Source: Spirochaetia bacterium
GTDB taxonomy: Bacteria; Spirochaetota; Spirochaetia; SZUA-6; Bin103
Assembly: GCA_965203515.1 (NCBI GenBank)
Contig: OZ241907.1
Location: 3,456,001-3,520,000, forward strand
Reading direction: 5' to 3'
Length of the DNA stretch: 64,000 nt
Shown: positions 26,889-35,281 of the stretch, piece by piece
How positions within the stretch are numbered: position 1 is the stretch's first letter
How the letters are laid out: every line of letters begins with the position of its first letter
The notes under the pieces: model-generated
The model's input: only the letters and a program-made list of their open reading frames with translations
The model's database searches: none
What the model was told of the DNA's origin: nothing
Program-made: the position numbers and the translations under genes

Positions 26889-29260
26889 TGCGCTACCCCC
26901 CCCCCCCCCCCCCCCATAGAACCAGAATTCGCGCCGACGGCAGCTCCGGCCGGCGCCATACGGGAGGAAGGAATCACGTGGCAAGGAAGGTAAGAGGGAT
27001 GAGCGGCAAGAGCGGCAAGGCAGCGCTTCTGGCGCTGGCGGCAGTCATCGGCATCGCCCTGCTGGCGTGCCAGCAGACGGCCCGGCCGGGCGGTACCGGC
27101 GCCGGCGGCGCGGGCGGCGCGGGTGGAAACGGAGCCGGCGGAGGCGCCGGCGGCAATGGCGGGTCGCCGACCGCGCCGGACCCGACTGCGCCGGCGGCCG
27201 AGCAGCGCTGGGACATCGGGGACGATGCCTGGTCATCGGCGCTGCCGCTGCCTGACGCAGCGGACCCGAGCGCCTTGACGATCCGCTCCGCGCCGTTCGC
27301 CTGGGACGGGCTCACCGGCGCCGATGGCGAAACGGTGACCGTGTCGATCGGCGGACACAAGCTGCCGTTCACGAGCACGGCGACCGCGCCGGCCTTCGCC
27401 ACCGACATCAGCGGCGCGGAGTGGAAGGTCGGCTTCGAAGTGAGCGCGGGCGCGATCGTGCTGGTGCTCACCGCCCCGGATCAGTCGGGAGCCCCGGACA
27501 CCGTCGAGTCGGTCACGTTTACCGAGCGGGGCAGCGGCTACCAGGCGGCGCCGAGCGTGACCTTTTCGGCGCCGCCGCCCGGCGGCACCACCGCCACCGG
27601 CGTCATAGCGGGCGTCGGCCTCGTCGATTCGGTGAACGTCACGACCGCCGGCGCTGGCTACACCTCGCCCCCCGGCGTGACCCTCTCGGCGCCGCCGCCC
27701 GGCGGCACCACGGCGACCGCCACCGCGGACGTCAACGGCCGCGTCGCTTCGGTGGACGTGGATACCGCCGGCAGCGGCTACACCTCGGCGCCCACCGTCG
27801 CCTTCACGGCGGCGCCCGCCGGCGGCACCGACGCGGCCGGCACCGCGGCGGTCAGCGGCACGGTCGCTGACGTGACGCTCGATACCCGGGGATCGGGCTA
27901 CACCTCGGCGCCCACCGTCACCATTTCGGGCGGCGGCGGCAGCGGCGCGGCCGCCACCGCGACGATACGAGGGCAGGTCACTTCGGTGACGGTCGGGACC
28001 GCCGGCAGCAGCTACACCTCGCCCCCCACCGTCTCCTTTACGGGCGGCGGCGGCAGCGGGGCGACCGCCACCGCGACCGGGCCCGGCAGCGTCGCTTCCG
28101 TGACGAGGATCGGCAATCAGTACGGGAGCGGCTACACCTCGGTCCCGACCGCGACCTTCTCGGCGCCGCCGTCCGGCGGCACCAGGGCGACCGGCGTCGC
28201 GTGGGGACCCGACTCCGTCCAGGGGACGACGAGAACCGCCTTCGGGAGCGGCTACACGGCCGCCATCACCGCGACCTTCTCGGCGCCGCCGGCCGGCGGC
28301 ACCAGGACGACCGGCAGCGCGCGGAGGTTTGCCGACGGGCGGTTCGACCGCATCGTGTTGGCCTCGGCAACCTGGCAAAACCGGGGGCGCGGCTACACCT
28401 CGCCCCCCACGATCACCATTACCGACAGCGGCGGCGGCAGCGGCGGCGCCGCCACCGCGAGGATGTTCCCCAACATTCGCGGGGTGATCATCACCAACGC
28501 GGGGAGCGGCTACACCTCCGCCCCTACGATCACCTTTACCGGCGGCGGCGGCAGCGGGGCCGGCTACGCGGCGACGTTGCACAGCACCGTCACCGGGGTT
28601 GAGGTCACCAACGGCGGCAGCGGCTACACCTCGGCTCCCACCGTCTCCCTTACCGGCGGCGGCGGCAGCGGCGCGACCGCCACCGCGACCGTGCTCGTCG
28701 AGGCAGACGAGGTGACGGTCACCAACGAGGGCAGCGGCTACACCTCCGCCCCCACCGTGACCTTTTCGGCGCCGTCGACCGGCACCGCGGCGACCGGCAC
28801 CGCGGTGATGAACTACGGGGTCGGCTCGGTGATGGTCGGCACCGCCGGCAGCGGCTACACCTCGGCGCCCACCGTCTCCTTTACCGGCGGCGGCGGCAGC
28901 GGGGCGACCGCCACCCCGGTGATGTCCTACGCCGTCCCGACGGCGACGGTCACCAACCCCGGCAGCGGCTACACCTCGGCCCCGACCGTGACCTTTACGG
29001 CGGCGCCGAGCGGCGCCACCACCGCGGTCGGCACCGCGGTCTTCGAATACCGCATCCGGTCGGTGAGGATCACCAACGCGGGGAGCGGCTACGTGACCGC
29101 CCCGACCGTGACCTTTGCCGCGGCGCCGGCCGGCGGCACCACCGCGACCGCCACCGCCAACCTGGCGGCGGGCGGCAACGATCCGAGCCAGAACCTGTTC
29201 TGGGCGCGCCAGACCCTGGCCGGCCAGCAGCTTCGGGTGCGGATAGGGGGAGACGAGTAG
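26888..29260 (+). CDS. Gly/Ser/Thr-rich repeat surface lipoprotein, copy 2 (14 repeats)
   Basis: Paralog of copy 1. ATG 26888 overlaps the copy 1 TGA, has an AGGAGGAG SD and is in frame through the C tract; alternative starts 26978 and 26999; lipobox ALLA-C. Confidence 0.85.
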   Translation: MRYPPPPPPHRTRIRADGSSGRRHTGGRNHVARKVRGMSGKSGKAALLALAAVIGIALLACQQTARPGGTGAGGAGGAGGNGAGGGAGGNGGSPTAPDPTAPAAEQRWDIGDDAWSSALPLPDAADPSALTIRSAPFAWDGLTGADGETVTVSIGGHKLPFTSTATAPAFATDISGAEWKVGFEVSAGAIVLVLTAPDQSGAPDTVESVTFTERGSGYQAAPSVTFSAPPPGGTTATGVIAGVGLVDSVNVTTAGAGYTSPPGVTLSAPPPGGTTATATADVNGRVASVDVDTAGSGYTSAPTVAFTAAPAGGTDAAGTAAVSGTVADVTLDTRGSGYTSAPTVTISGGGGSGAAATATIRGQVTSVTVGTAGSSYTSPPTVSFTGGGGSGATATATGPGSVASVTRIGNQYGSGYTSVPTATFSAPPSGGTRATGVAWGPDSVQGTTRTAFGSGYTAAITATFSAPPAGGTRTTGSARRFADGRFDRIVLASATWQNRGRGYTSPPTITITDSGGGSGGAATARMFPNIRGVIITNAGSGYTSAPTITFTGGGGSGAGYAATLHSTVTGVEVTNGGSGYTSAPTVSLTGGGGSGATATATVLVEADEVTVTNEGSGYTSAPTVTFSAPSTGTAATGTAVMNYGVGSVMVGTAGSGYTSAPTVSFTGGGGSGATATPVMSYAVPTATVTNPGSGYTSAPTVTFTAAPSGATTAVGTAVFEYRIRSVRITNAGSGYVTAPTVTFAAAPAGGTTATATANLAAGGNDPSQNLFWARQTLAGQQLRVRIGGDE
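26896..26915 (+). repeat. C20 homopolymer tract (candidate slipped-strand switch)
   Basis: 20 consecutive C following ATG CGC TA. Confidence 0.95.
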
Positions 29261-29269
29261 CGCTCCCCT

Positions 29270-31204
29270 TCAGCGCCGACCGCCGGCGGCGGCGGTCGGC
29301 GCGAGCGGGAACTCCACGCTCCAGAGGCGCCGCCCGCCGGCGCGGATGAACTGGCCGGTGCGGACGTGCGAGATCTCATACTCCGGCAGCGCCGCGGCCA
29401 CCAGGCAGGCGCCGTCCCAAAGAAAGCCTTCGGAGCGGAACGCGAAGTCGCGCCGGAACCCGAAGTCGAGATTGACGAAGCCCTGCTCCCGGGCGGCGGG
29501 GGGCAGATCGGCTGCGGCGGCCGGGAAGACGTGCAGGAAGAACGGCGCCCGCACGTCCTGCGGCGCGCACGGCTCCTTCGCGTACACCAGCCGGCCCTCG
29601 GCCGCATACAGGTCGAACGTTCCGGCGGCGGCGCGCGGCCGGCCCTCCAGGGTCGCCTCCAGCGCGCGGAACCGCGCCCGCTCCTTCGCCAGGGAGTGCT
29701 CCCTGCTCGCCGCCGCGGCGCGCAGGTGCGCGGGCGCCGCGGCCGGCGGGCGCAGCATGATCTCGCCCATGATCGCCCCGCTGCCGGCGGTGGCTCGATA
29801 CCGGGTCGGCAGGTCCCAACCGGCATGCAATGGCAGGGTGTCGATGCGGAACACTTCGTTACCGGCGGCGTCCACCTCGACCAGGGAGCGGCCTCCCGCC
29901 TGGTCGCCGCGGGAGAAGTTGATCAGCGTGTTGCCGTTGCGCAGGCGGTAGGCGCTGCCCTTGGCGCCGACGTAGATGTCCGGCGTCGGCCGGTACTCCC
30001 ACACCTTCACCGCGGTGCCGGCCGCCTCGTCCAGCCGCAGCTCCAGCGCGCGCGAGTAGCGCCCGCCCTCCGCCGCGGGCCGCCCCCAGCCGTTGTCGAA
30101 CAGCAGGACGTTGCCGTCGTCGAGCTGCGCCGCGGTGTGCTGCCCGTAGAACCGGTCGGTCGGGTCCGGGAACCGGAAATCGCTGTCCGGTCCGTGCAGT
30201 TGCCATTCGATCGTCCACGAATCGGCGTCGAGCGAGACCACCTGATGGCGCGTGCGGGAGGAGAGGACGACGTTGCCGCGCGGGCCGATGCTCACCGAGT
30301 TGAGGTGCGCCCAACTGAAGCCGCCGCCGGCGGGCCGCGTCAGGTTCCAGGCCTCCTGCGAGTCCCAGACCTGATCGAAGCGCCCGCGCTCCCGGTCCCA
30401 GACGCGCAGCCGGTCGACGAACCCGGGGGGCCCCTCCTGCGGCGGCCCGCGGCTCAGGTAGATCACCCGTTCGGCGCCGGCGCCGCCGCCGGAGTCGAGC
30501 ACGGCGAGGCCATGGTGAGGATTCCCCGCGGCGCCGCCCCGCTCGAACCGGTCGACCACCGCTCCCAACGGGGTGATCTCGACCAGAGTGCCGGCGCGCG
30601 CGAACAGCAGGTTGCCGGCGGGCAACTGCGCGATCGGGCCGTCGGACCCCGCATGGTAATGGTACCAGACGATGCCGCCCACCTCGTCCCGGAAGACGTA
30701 GTACCCGCGCGGATGATCGGACAGGATGAGCGGCTGCGAGCTCCGGCCGCGCACCTGCATCGGGATGGCGGCCAGGGCCAGCGGCAGCGGCCCGGTCGTG
30801 AACCGCCCGCCCGCCCCGGCGCCCGCGAAGCCGTCGGCCGCGAAGTCTCCCACCGCGGCGCCCTCCACCACGAAGATGGTGTAGTCGTAGGTCGTCTCCG
30901 GGCGCAGCCGGACGAGCGGGACGGCGTGCGCCTCGCCCGGTTCGCTCAGCGGCGTGCGGTAGCGCCCGGCCTGCGGGTTGTCGTACTCGACGAACACCCG
31001 CGCCGCGCGCGCCAGCGCTACCCGCACCTCGACGATCAGCGCGTTGCGCTCGCTGACCGACGCGTCGTGGCGCAGCACCGCGGCGGTGGCCGCCGCCGGC
31101 CGCGCTGCCGGCGCCAGCGCCGGCGCGGCGCCGGGCACGCCGGCCGGCGCCGCCGCCAAGCCGATGAGCAAGCCGATCCGGAGCGCCGTCGAGAGATCCC
31201 GCAT
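29270..31204 (-). CDS. Secreted aryl-sulfate sulfotransferase (ASST) family protein with extra C-terminal domain
   Basis: Signal peptide; Ig-like LRPETTY; HH, HLNSVS, SSR, GQHTA, LLFDNG, SRALE, GSAYRLRNGNTLI, YRA. Confidence 0.85.
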   Translation of the reverse strand: MRDLSTALRIGLLIGLAAAPAGVPGAAPALAPAARPAAATAAVLRHDASVSERNALIVEVRVALARAARVFVEYDNPQAGRYRTPLSEPGEAHAVPLVRLRPETTYDYTIFVVEGAAVGDFAADGFAGAGAGGRFTTGPLPLALAAIPMQVRGRSSQPLILSDHPRGYYVFRDEVGGIVWYHYHAGSDGPIAQLPAGNLLFARAGTLVEITPLGAVVDRFERGGAAGNPHHGLAVLDSGGGAGAERVIYLSRGPPQEGPPGFVDRLRVWDRERGRFDQVWDSQEAWNLTRPAGGGFSWAHLNSVSIGPRGNVVLSSRTRHQVVSLDADSWTIEWQLHGPDSDFRFPDPTDRFYGQHTAAQLDDGNVLLFDNGWGRPAAEGGRYSRALELRLDEAAGTAVKVWEYRPTPDIYVGAKGSAYRLRNGNTLINFSRGDQAGGRSLVEVDAAGNEVFRIDTLPLHAGWDLPTRYRATAGSGAIMGEIMLRPPAAAPAHLRAAAASREHSLAKERARFRALEATLEGRPRAAAGTFDLYAAEGRLVYAKEPCAPQDVRAPFFLHVFPAAAADLPPAAREQGFVNLDFGFRRDFAFRSEGFLWDGACLVAAALPEYEISHVRTGQFIRAGGRRLWSVEFPLAPTAAAGGRR

Positions 31205-31239
31205 CGCCTCCCTTCAGCTTGGCTTGGCTCGAACCACCT

Positions 31240-31953
31240 CTATCGGTTCTCGACGTCGGGCCTGCGGCGCAGCAACGCCTCGAGTTCGGCCACACGCGCT
31301 TCGGCCGCCTGACGGGCGGCGGCTTCCCGTTCCAGGCGTGCTTCCGCCTGCTGCTTGGCCAGTCGCTGCTCGGTCAGCGTCAGTATGTCTCCGCTCTCAG
31401 GGTGGTGAAAGCGCAACTCCCCTTCCTCGATCCGTACTTCCAGCCCCAGCACGGCGCTGTACATCACCAGCGATCCGTCCCCCAGCCGGGTCTCCGGCAG
31501 CGCTTCGTACTCCCCGCGCACCAGCCGCAAGCCGCGCAACGGCGGCTGCAGGTAGTCTCCCGTCGGATCGTACTGCCAGTACTCGCGCACGCCCAGCGAC
31601 TCGTACAACTCCCGCTTCGGCCCCTGGTCCCTGTGCCGGGTGTGGCGCGAGGTGATCTCCAGCACGAAGTCGGGACTCTTGCCCTCCTCCCACACCTTGT
31701 AGATCGGCCGGATGCGGTCCGGCACGCCGAACACCACGAACGTGTCGGGAGCTACCGATGCCTTGACGTTGCCCTCCTCGTAGTAGATCAGCAGGTTGCC
31801 GGAGACGTAGACGTCGGGTTGGTCGAGGAAGTAGTCGCGCAGTCCGGCAACCGCGTATATGAGGGGGATGGCTTGGGCATCGGTTTCGGCCATAGGCACA
31901 CCGTCCTCGGTGGGGTACTCGATAGCGACGGGAGCGAGCGTGGAGCTTGGCAT
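31240..31953 (-). CDS. Uma2 (DUF820) family endonuclease
   Basis: YPTEDGVPMAET, APDTFVV, PDFVLEITS, GVREYWQYDP; GGAGG SD before ATG 31953. Confidence 0.92.
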   Translation of the reverse strand: MPSSTLAPVAIEYPTEDGVPMAETDAQAIPLIYAVAGLRDYFLDQPDVYVSGNLLIYYEEGNVKASVAPDTFVVFGVPDRIRPIYKVWEEGKSPDFVLEITSRHTRHRDQGPKRELYESLGVREYWQYDPTGDYLQPPLRGLRLVRGEYEALPETRLGDGSLVMYSAVLGLEVRIEEGELRFHHPESGDILTLTEQRLAKQQAEARLEREAAARQAAEARVAELEALLRRRPDVENR

Positions 31954-32055
31954 GGCAAATCCCTCCAGGCGGCCGCACCATAGCATGCGCCGATCCGCCC
32001 GCGCCAGCGTAGCTTCGATGCCGTTCGATCATGCTATGCTTGCGTAGCACTACGC

Positions 32056-33093
32056 ATGACGCGCGACCTGCACCTGCACCAGCCGCATGACCGTCTGTTT
32101 CGCAAGGTGTTCTCCGAGCCCGCCGAAGCGGCCGGCTTGCTGCGCGCCTACGTGCCGGCGTGGCTCGCCGATACGCTGGACTGGTCCAGCTTGTCGCTGA
32201 TGAGCGACAGCTACGTGGACGACGACCTGCGGGCCAGCGAGTCCGACCTGCTGTACGCGGTCGAGCAGCGCCCAGACGCCGCGGAGCCGGGTGACGCGCG
32301 GCGTTCGCTGCGGCTCTATCTGCTGTTCGAGCACCAATCGAGGCCGGACCGGTTAATGCGCTTTCGGCTGCTGAAGTACTGCTGCCGCATCTGGGATGAT
32401 TTCCTGCGCCCTGCCGACGCGGAGGGGACCCCGGACTTGCCGCCGATCGTGCCGTTGGTGTTCTATCAGGGTGAGTCCCACTGGCGCCATACGACCGAGT
32501 TTAGCGACTTGTTTGCGAAACCGGTCAGGCGGTGGCCCTGGACGCCGCAGTTCAAGCACCTGCTGGTGGACCAGTCGCAGATGGGGGTGGGAGCGGTACA
32601 GGGCGAAACGCTGGGCCGGTTGGCGCAGCTTGCGCTGATGGCGGCTGCGCGCCGCGAGGTGAGGGCGGCGCTGGAGACGGCAGTGCGGCTCATGGGAGAG
32701 TTGGACCGGGCGGGACAGAGCGAACGGTTCGCGGTGGTGGTGTTGTACGTGCTCCGCACGCAGGATGAGGAGACGTTGCGGGAGTTCGGCACGGCGCTGC
32801 GGCGGGAAGTACGGGGACCAGGAGGGGATATGATGACGTATGGAGAGCGGTTGATCCAGGAGGGCCGGCAAGAAGGCATCCAGGAAGGCATCCAGGAAGG
32901 CATCCAGGAAGGCGTGCTGAAAGGCCGGCAGGAAGGCCGGCAGGAAGGCCAGGTGGCCACCATCGAGAGTTTTCTGCGCGCCGGCGTCGAGTGGTCGACC
33001 ATCAAGCAGGCTACCGGCATCGACCCGGAGGCGTTCGAGTTGCTCCGCCGACAGACCCGCGCGTCGTCAGAGAGGTTCTCTGAAGATGCCTGA
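32056..33093 (+). CDS. Rpn (YhgA-like) recombination-promoting nuclease / putative transposase
   Basis: QPHDRLFRK, ESDLLY, YLLFEHQS, PLVFYQG, QEG repeats. Confidence 0.93.
   Translation: MTRDLHLHQPHDRLFRKVFSEPAEAAGLLRAYVPAWLADTLDWSSLSLMSDSYVDDDLRASESDLLYAVEQRPDAAEPGDARRSLRLYLLFEHQSRPDRLMRFRLLKYCCRIWDDFLRPADAEGTPDLPPIVPLVFYQGESHWRHTTEFSDLFAKPVRRWPWTPQFKHLLVDQSQMGVGAVQGETLGRLAQLALMAAARREVRAALETAVRLMGELDRAGQSERFAVVVLYVLRTQDEETLREFGTALRREVRGPGGDMMTYGERLIQEGRQEGIQEGIQEGIQEGVLKGRQEGRQEGQVATIESFLRAGVEWSTIKQATGIDPEAFELLRRQTRASSERFSEDA
32857..32952 (+). repeat. 12-bp tandem repeat (CAGGAAGGCATC/CGG) encoding QEGI/QEGR
   Basis: QEGRQEGIQEGIQEGIQEGVLKGRQEGRQEGQ. Confidence 0.85.
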
Positions 33094-35260
33094 TCGACCG
33101 CGGGTTCGTCGAGCGAGCGCGTTGCGCGCCGCGCTGTCCGGCGCGCTGCTGCTGGCGGCGCACGTGCCGGCCGCAGCGCAGGACGCCGCCGGCGATGCCG
33201 GCGATCACTGGTTCGCGCTCGACCACGTGCTCGACGTGGCCGTGGAGCTGCCGCCCGCTGACTGGGAGCGGCTGCGCGGCCAGACGCGCACCATGGCGGA
33301 CCTGTTCGGCGGCACCGAATGCCTTGCCCGGCCGTTCGCCCAGATATTTTCCTGGTTTTCGGCCGACGTCACGGTAGACGGCGTGCGCTACGGCGAGGTC
33401 GGCGTGCGCAAGAAGGGGTTTCTCGGCTCGCTCAGCTCTGAGAAACCGTCGCTCAAGCTCCGCTTCGACAAATACGTGGACGATCAGGCGCTCGGCGGCG
33501 CGCTGGAGCGCGTCACCTTGAACAACAGCGTGCAGGACCCGTCGATGCTCAACACCTGCCTGGCCTATCAGGTGTTCGCCGCGGCCGGGCTGCCGGCGCC
33601 GCGCTGCAACTATGCCAGCGTGACCGTAAACGGCGAGCGGATCGGCCTCTACGTGCAGGTCGAGGACGTCGAGGGGTCGCTCCTGGAACGGGCGTTCGCC
33701 GGCGCCGCCGGCACCCTGTACGAAGGAACGGTAAGCGACTTCCGGCCCGGGTTCCGCGGCACCTTCGAACGGAAGACCGCCGGCGACTGGTCAGCCGTCG
33801 ACGCGGTCACCGCCGCGCTGCAGGACCCCTCCCCGGCCGGCCGGGAGGCGCTGGCCGCGGCCGTCGACCTCGACCGGTTCCTCACCTTCTGGGCCGCGGA
33901 AGCGCTGGTCGGGCACTGGGACGGCTATGCCGGCAACCGCAACAACTTCTACGTCTACGGCGCGCCGGGCGGACCGCTCGCGTTCATCCCGTGGGGCGCG
34001 GATCAGACCTTCACCACCACCGACAGCCCGTTCGACGACTTCGTGTCGCCGCCGTCGGTGATGGCGCACGGCGCCATCGCCCACCGCCTGTACCGCGACG
34101 AGGCGGGGCGCGCGGCGTACGCGGCGCGCCTGCGAGAACTGCTCGACACGGTCTGGGACGAAGCGGAACTGCTGCGCCGCGGCGAGCGGATGGCGGCCAT
34201 CGTGCAGGCCCACGCGCTGCCCGAACGGCGCGCCGAGGCGGCCCGCGACGCCGACCGCGTGCGCCGCTTCGTCCGCGAGCGCCGGGCCGCGATCCTGGCC
34301 GACCTGGAACCGGAGCCGCCGGAGTGGCCGTGGCCGCCGGTGTCCGCGGACCTGTGCTGGGGGGCGCCAACCTCGTTCGAGCTGCGGTTCGAGACCGCCT
34401 GGGGAACCAAGGAGAGCGCCGATCCGTTCGCGGCCGGGACGGTGACCCGGTACCTGCTCGACGGAGCGGAGCAGCCGGTCGGGCCGGCGGGCGCCACCGC
34501 CGGCCTGGCGGGACCCGAAGAAGCGGCGCAGATGGGCGTCGAGCAGGCGGCGGTCGTCACCCTCATGCGGCTGGGAGCGGCCACCCTGGAGGGAATCACC
34601 GCCTGGCTGCCGCCGGATCGCGTCGCGGCCGGGGCGCGCGCGGTCATCGGCGAGCCGGGGGTGGGCGGCGTGAGCTGGTCGCTGCCGCTCGGCACGAGCG
34701 AGCCTGAGGACCTGAACCCGATCGCCAGCGGCTGGCTGGAGTTGGACGCGGCCGGCACGGCACCGGGAGCCGCCGTCACGGGCCGGTTCTCCGGCACGCT
34801 CTGGGGGCTGGCGGAAGCGGCGGCGGACGCCGGCGGCGTCGAGCGGGCGGACGCGCCGGGAGCCGCCGGGCTGGTCATCAACGAAGTCGCCGCGCGCGGC
34901 GAACCGCTCGACTGGTTCGAGCTCTACAACGCCGGGCCGGCGCCGCTGGCGCTGGCCGACTTCGTGCTGGCCGACGACCTGACCGACCGCGGCAAGCGCA
35001 CCCCCTTTCCGCCCGACCTGATCATCGAACCGGGCGCCTGGCTGCGGATCGAGTTGGACAGCGACGGCTGGCCCGGCTTTGCGCTGGGCCGGGACGAGGA
35101 GCTCGGCATCTGGACCGCGGACGGCCGCCTGGAGGCGCAGGTCGACTGGGAGGAGGGGCAGTCCGACGACGGCACCAGCTACGCCCGCGTGCCCGACGTC
35201 ACCGGCCCCTTCCGCACCGTGACCGACCCGACCCCGGGCGCTCCCAACGCGCCCCGGTAG
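33086..35260 (+). CDS. Secreted CotH-family kinase with C-terminal lamin-tail domain
   Basis: GVRKKG, KPSLKL, LNN, GLYVQVE, DGYAGNRNNFY, PWGADQTF; LTD motifs VINEV, DWFELYN, SYARVPD, PTPGAPN. Confidence 0.9.
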   Translation: MPDRPRVRRASALRAALSGALLLAAHVPAAAQDAAGDAGDHWFALDHVLDVAVELPPADWERLRGQTRTMADLFGGTECLARPFAQIFSWFSADVTVDGVRYGEVGVRKKGFLGSLSSEKPSLKLRFDKYVDDQALGGALERVTLNNSVQDPSMLNTCLAYQVFAAAGLPAPRCNYASVTVNGERIGLYVQVEDVEGSLLERAFAGAAGTLYEGTVSDFRPGFRGTFERKTAGDWSAVDAVTAALQDPSPAGREALAAAVDLDRFLTFWAAEALVGHWDGYAGNRNNFYVYGAPGGPLAFIPWGADQTFTTTDSPFDDFVSPPSVMAHGAIAHRLYRDEAGRAAYAARLRELLDTVWDEAELLRRGERMAAIVQAHALPERRAEAARDADRVRRFVRERRAAILADLEPEPPEWPWPPVSADLCWGAPTSFELRFETAWGTKESADPFAAGTVTRYLLDGAEQPVGPAGATAGLAGPEEAAQMGVEQAAVVTLMRLGAATLEGITAWLPPDRVAAGARAVIGEPGVGGVSWSLPLGTSEPEDLNPIASGWLELDAAGTAPGAAVTGRFSGTLWGLAEAAADAGGVERADAPGAAGLVINEVAARGEPLDWFELYNAGPAPLALADFVLADDLTDRGKRTPFPPDLIIEPGAWLRIELDSDGWPGFALGRDEELGIWTADGRLEAQVDWEEGQSDDGTSYARVPDVTGPFRTVTDPTPGAPNAPR

Positions 35261-35281
35261 ACGAGTTCGTAACCGCCGCCT

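Noticed and set aside
25100..29160. CRISPR-like array from the recurring GGCAGCGGCTACACCTCGGCGCCCACCGT
   Set aside because: The units are degenerate at third codon positions, lie about 120 nt apart and fall inside long ORFs, so they are protein repeats.
24582..29260. Diversity-generating retroelement (template/variable repeat pair)
   Set aside because: There is no reverse transcriptase in the window, and differences between the paralogs include indels and all base types rather than adenine-specific changes.
24582..29260. Prophage tail genes
   Set aside because: Both proteins have lipoprotein signal peptides, and no capsid, terminase, portal or integrase genes are nearby.
23381..33093. Composite transposon bounded by the two rpn genes
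   Set aside because: No terminal inverted repeats or target duplications were seen, the copies are clearly divergent, and Rpn proteins are not established transposases.
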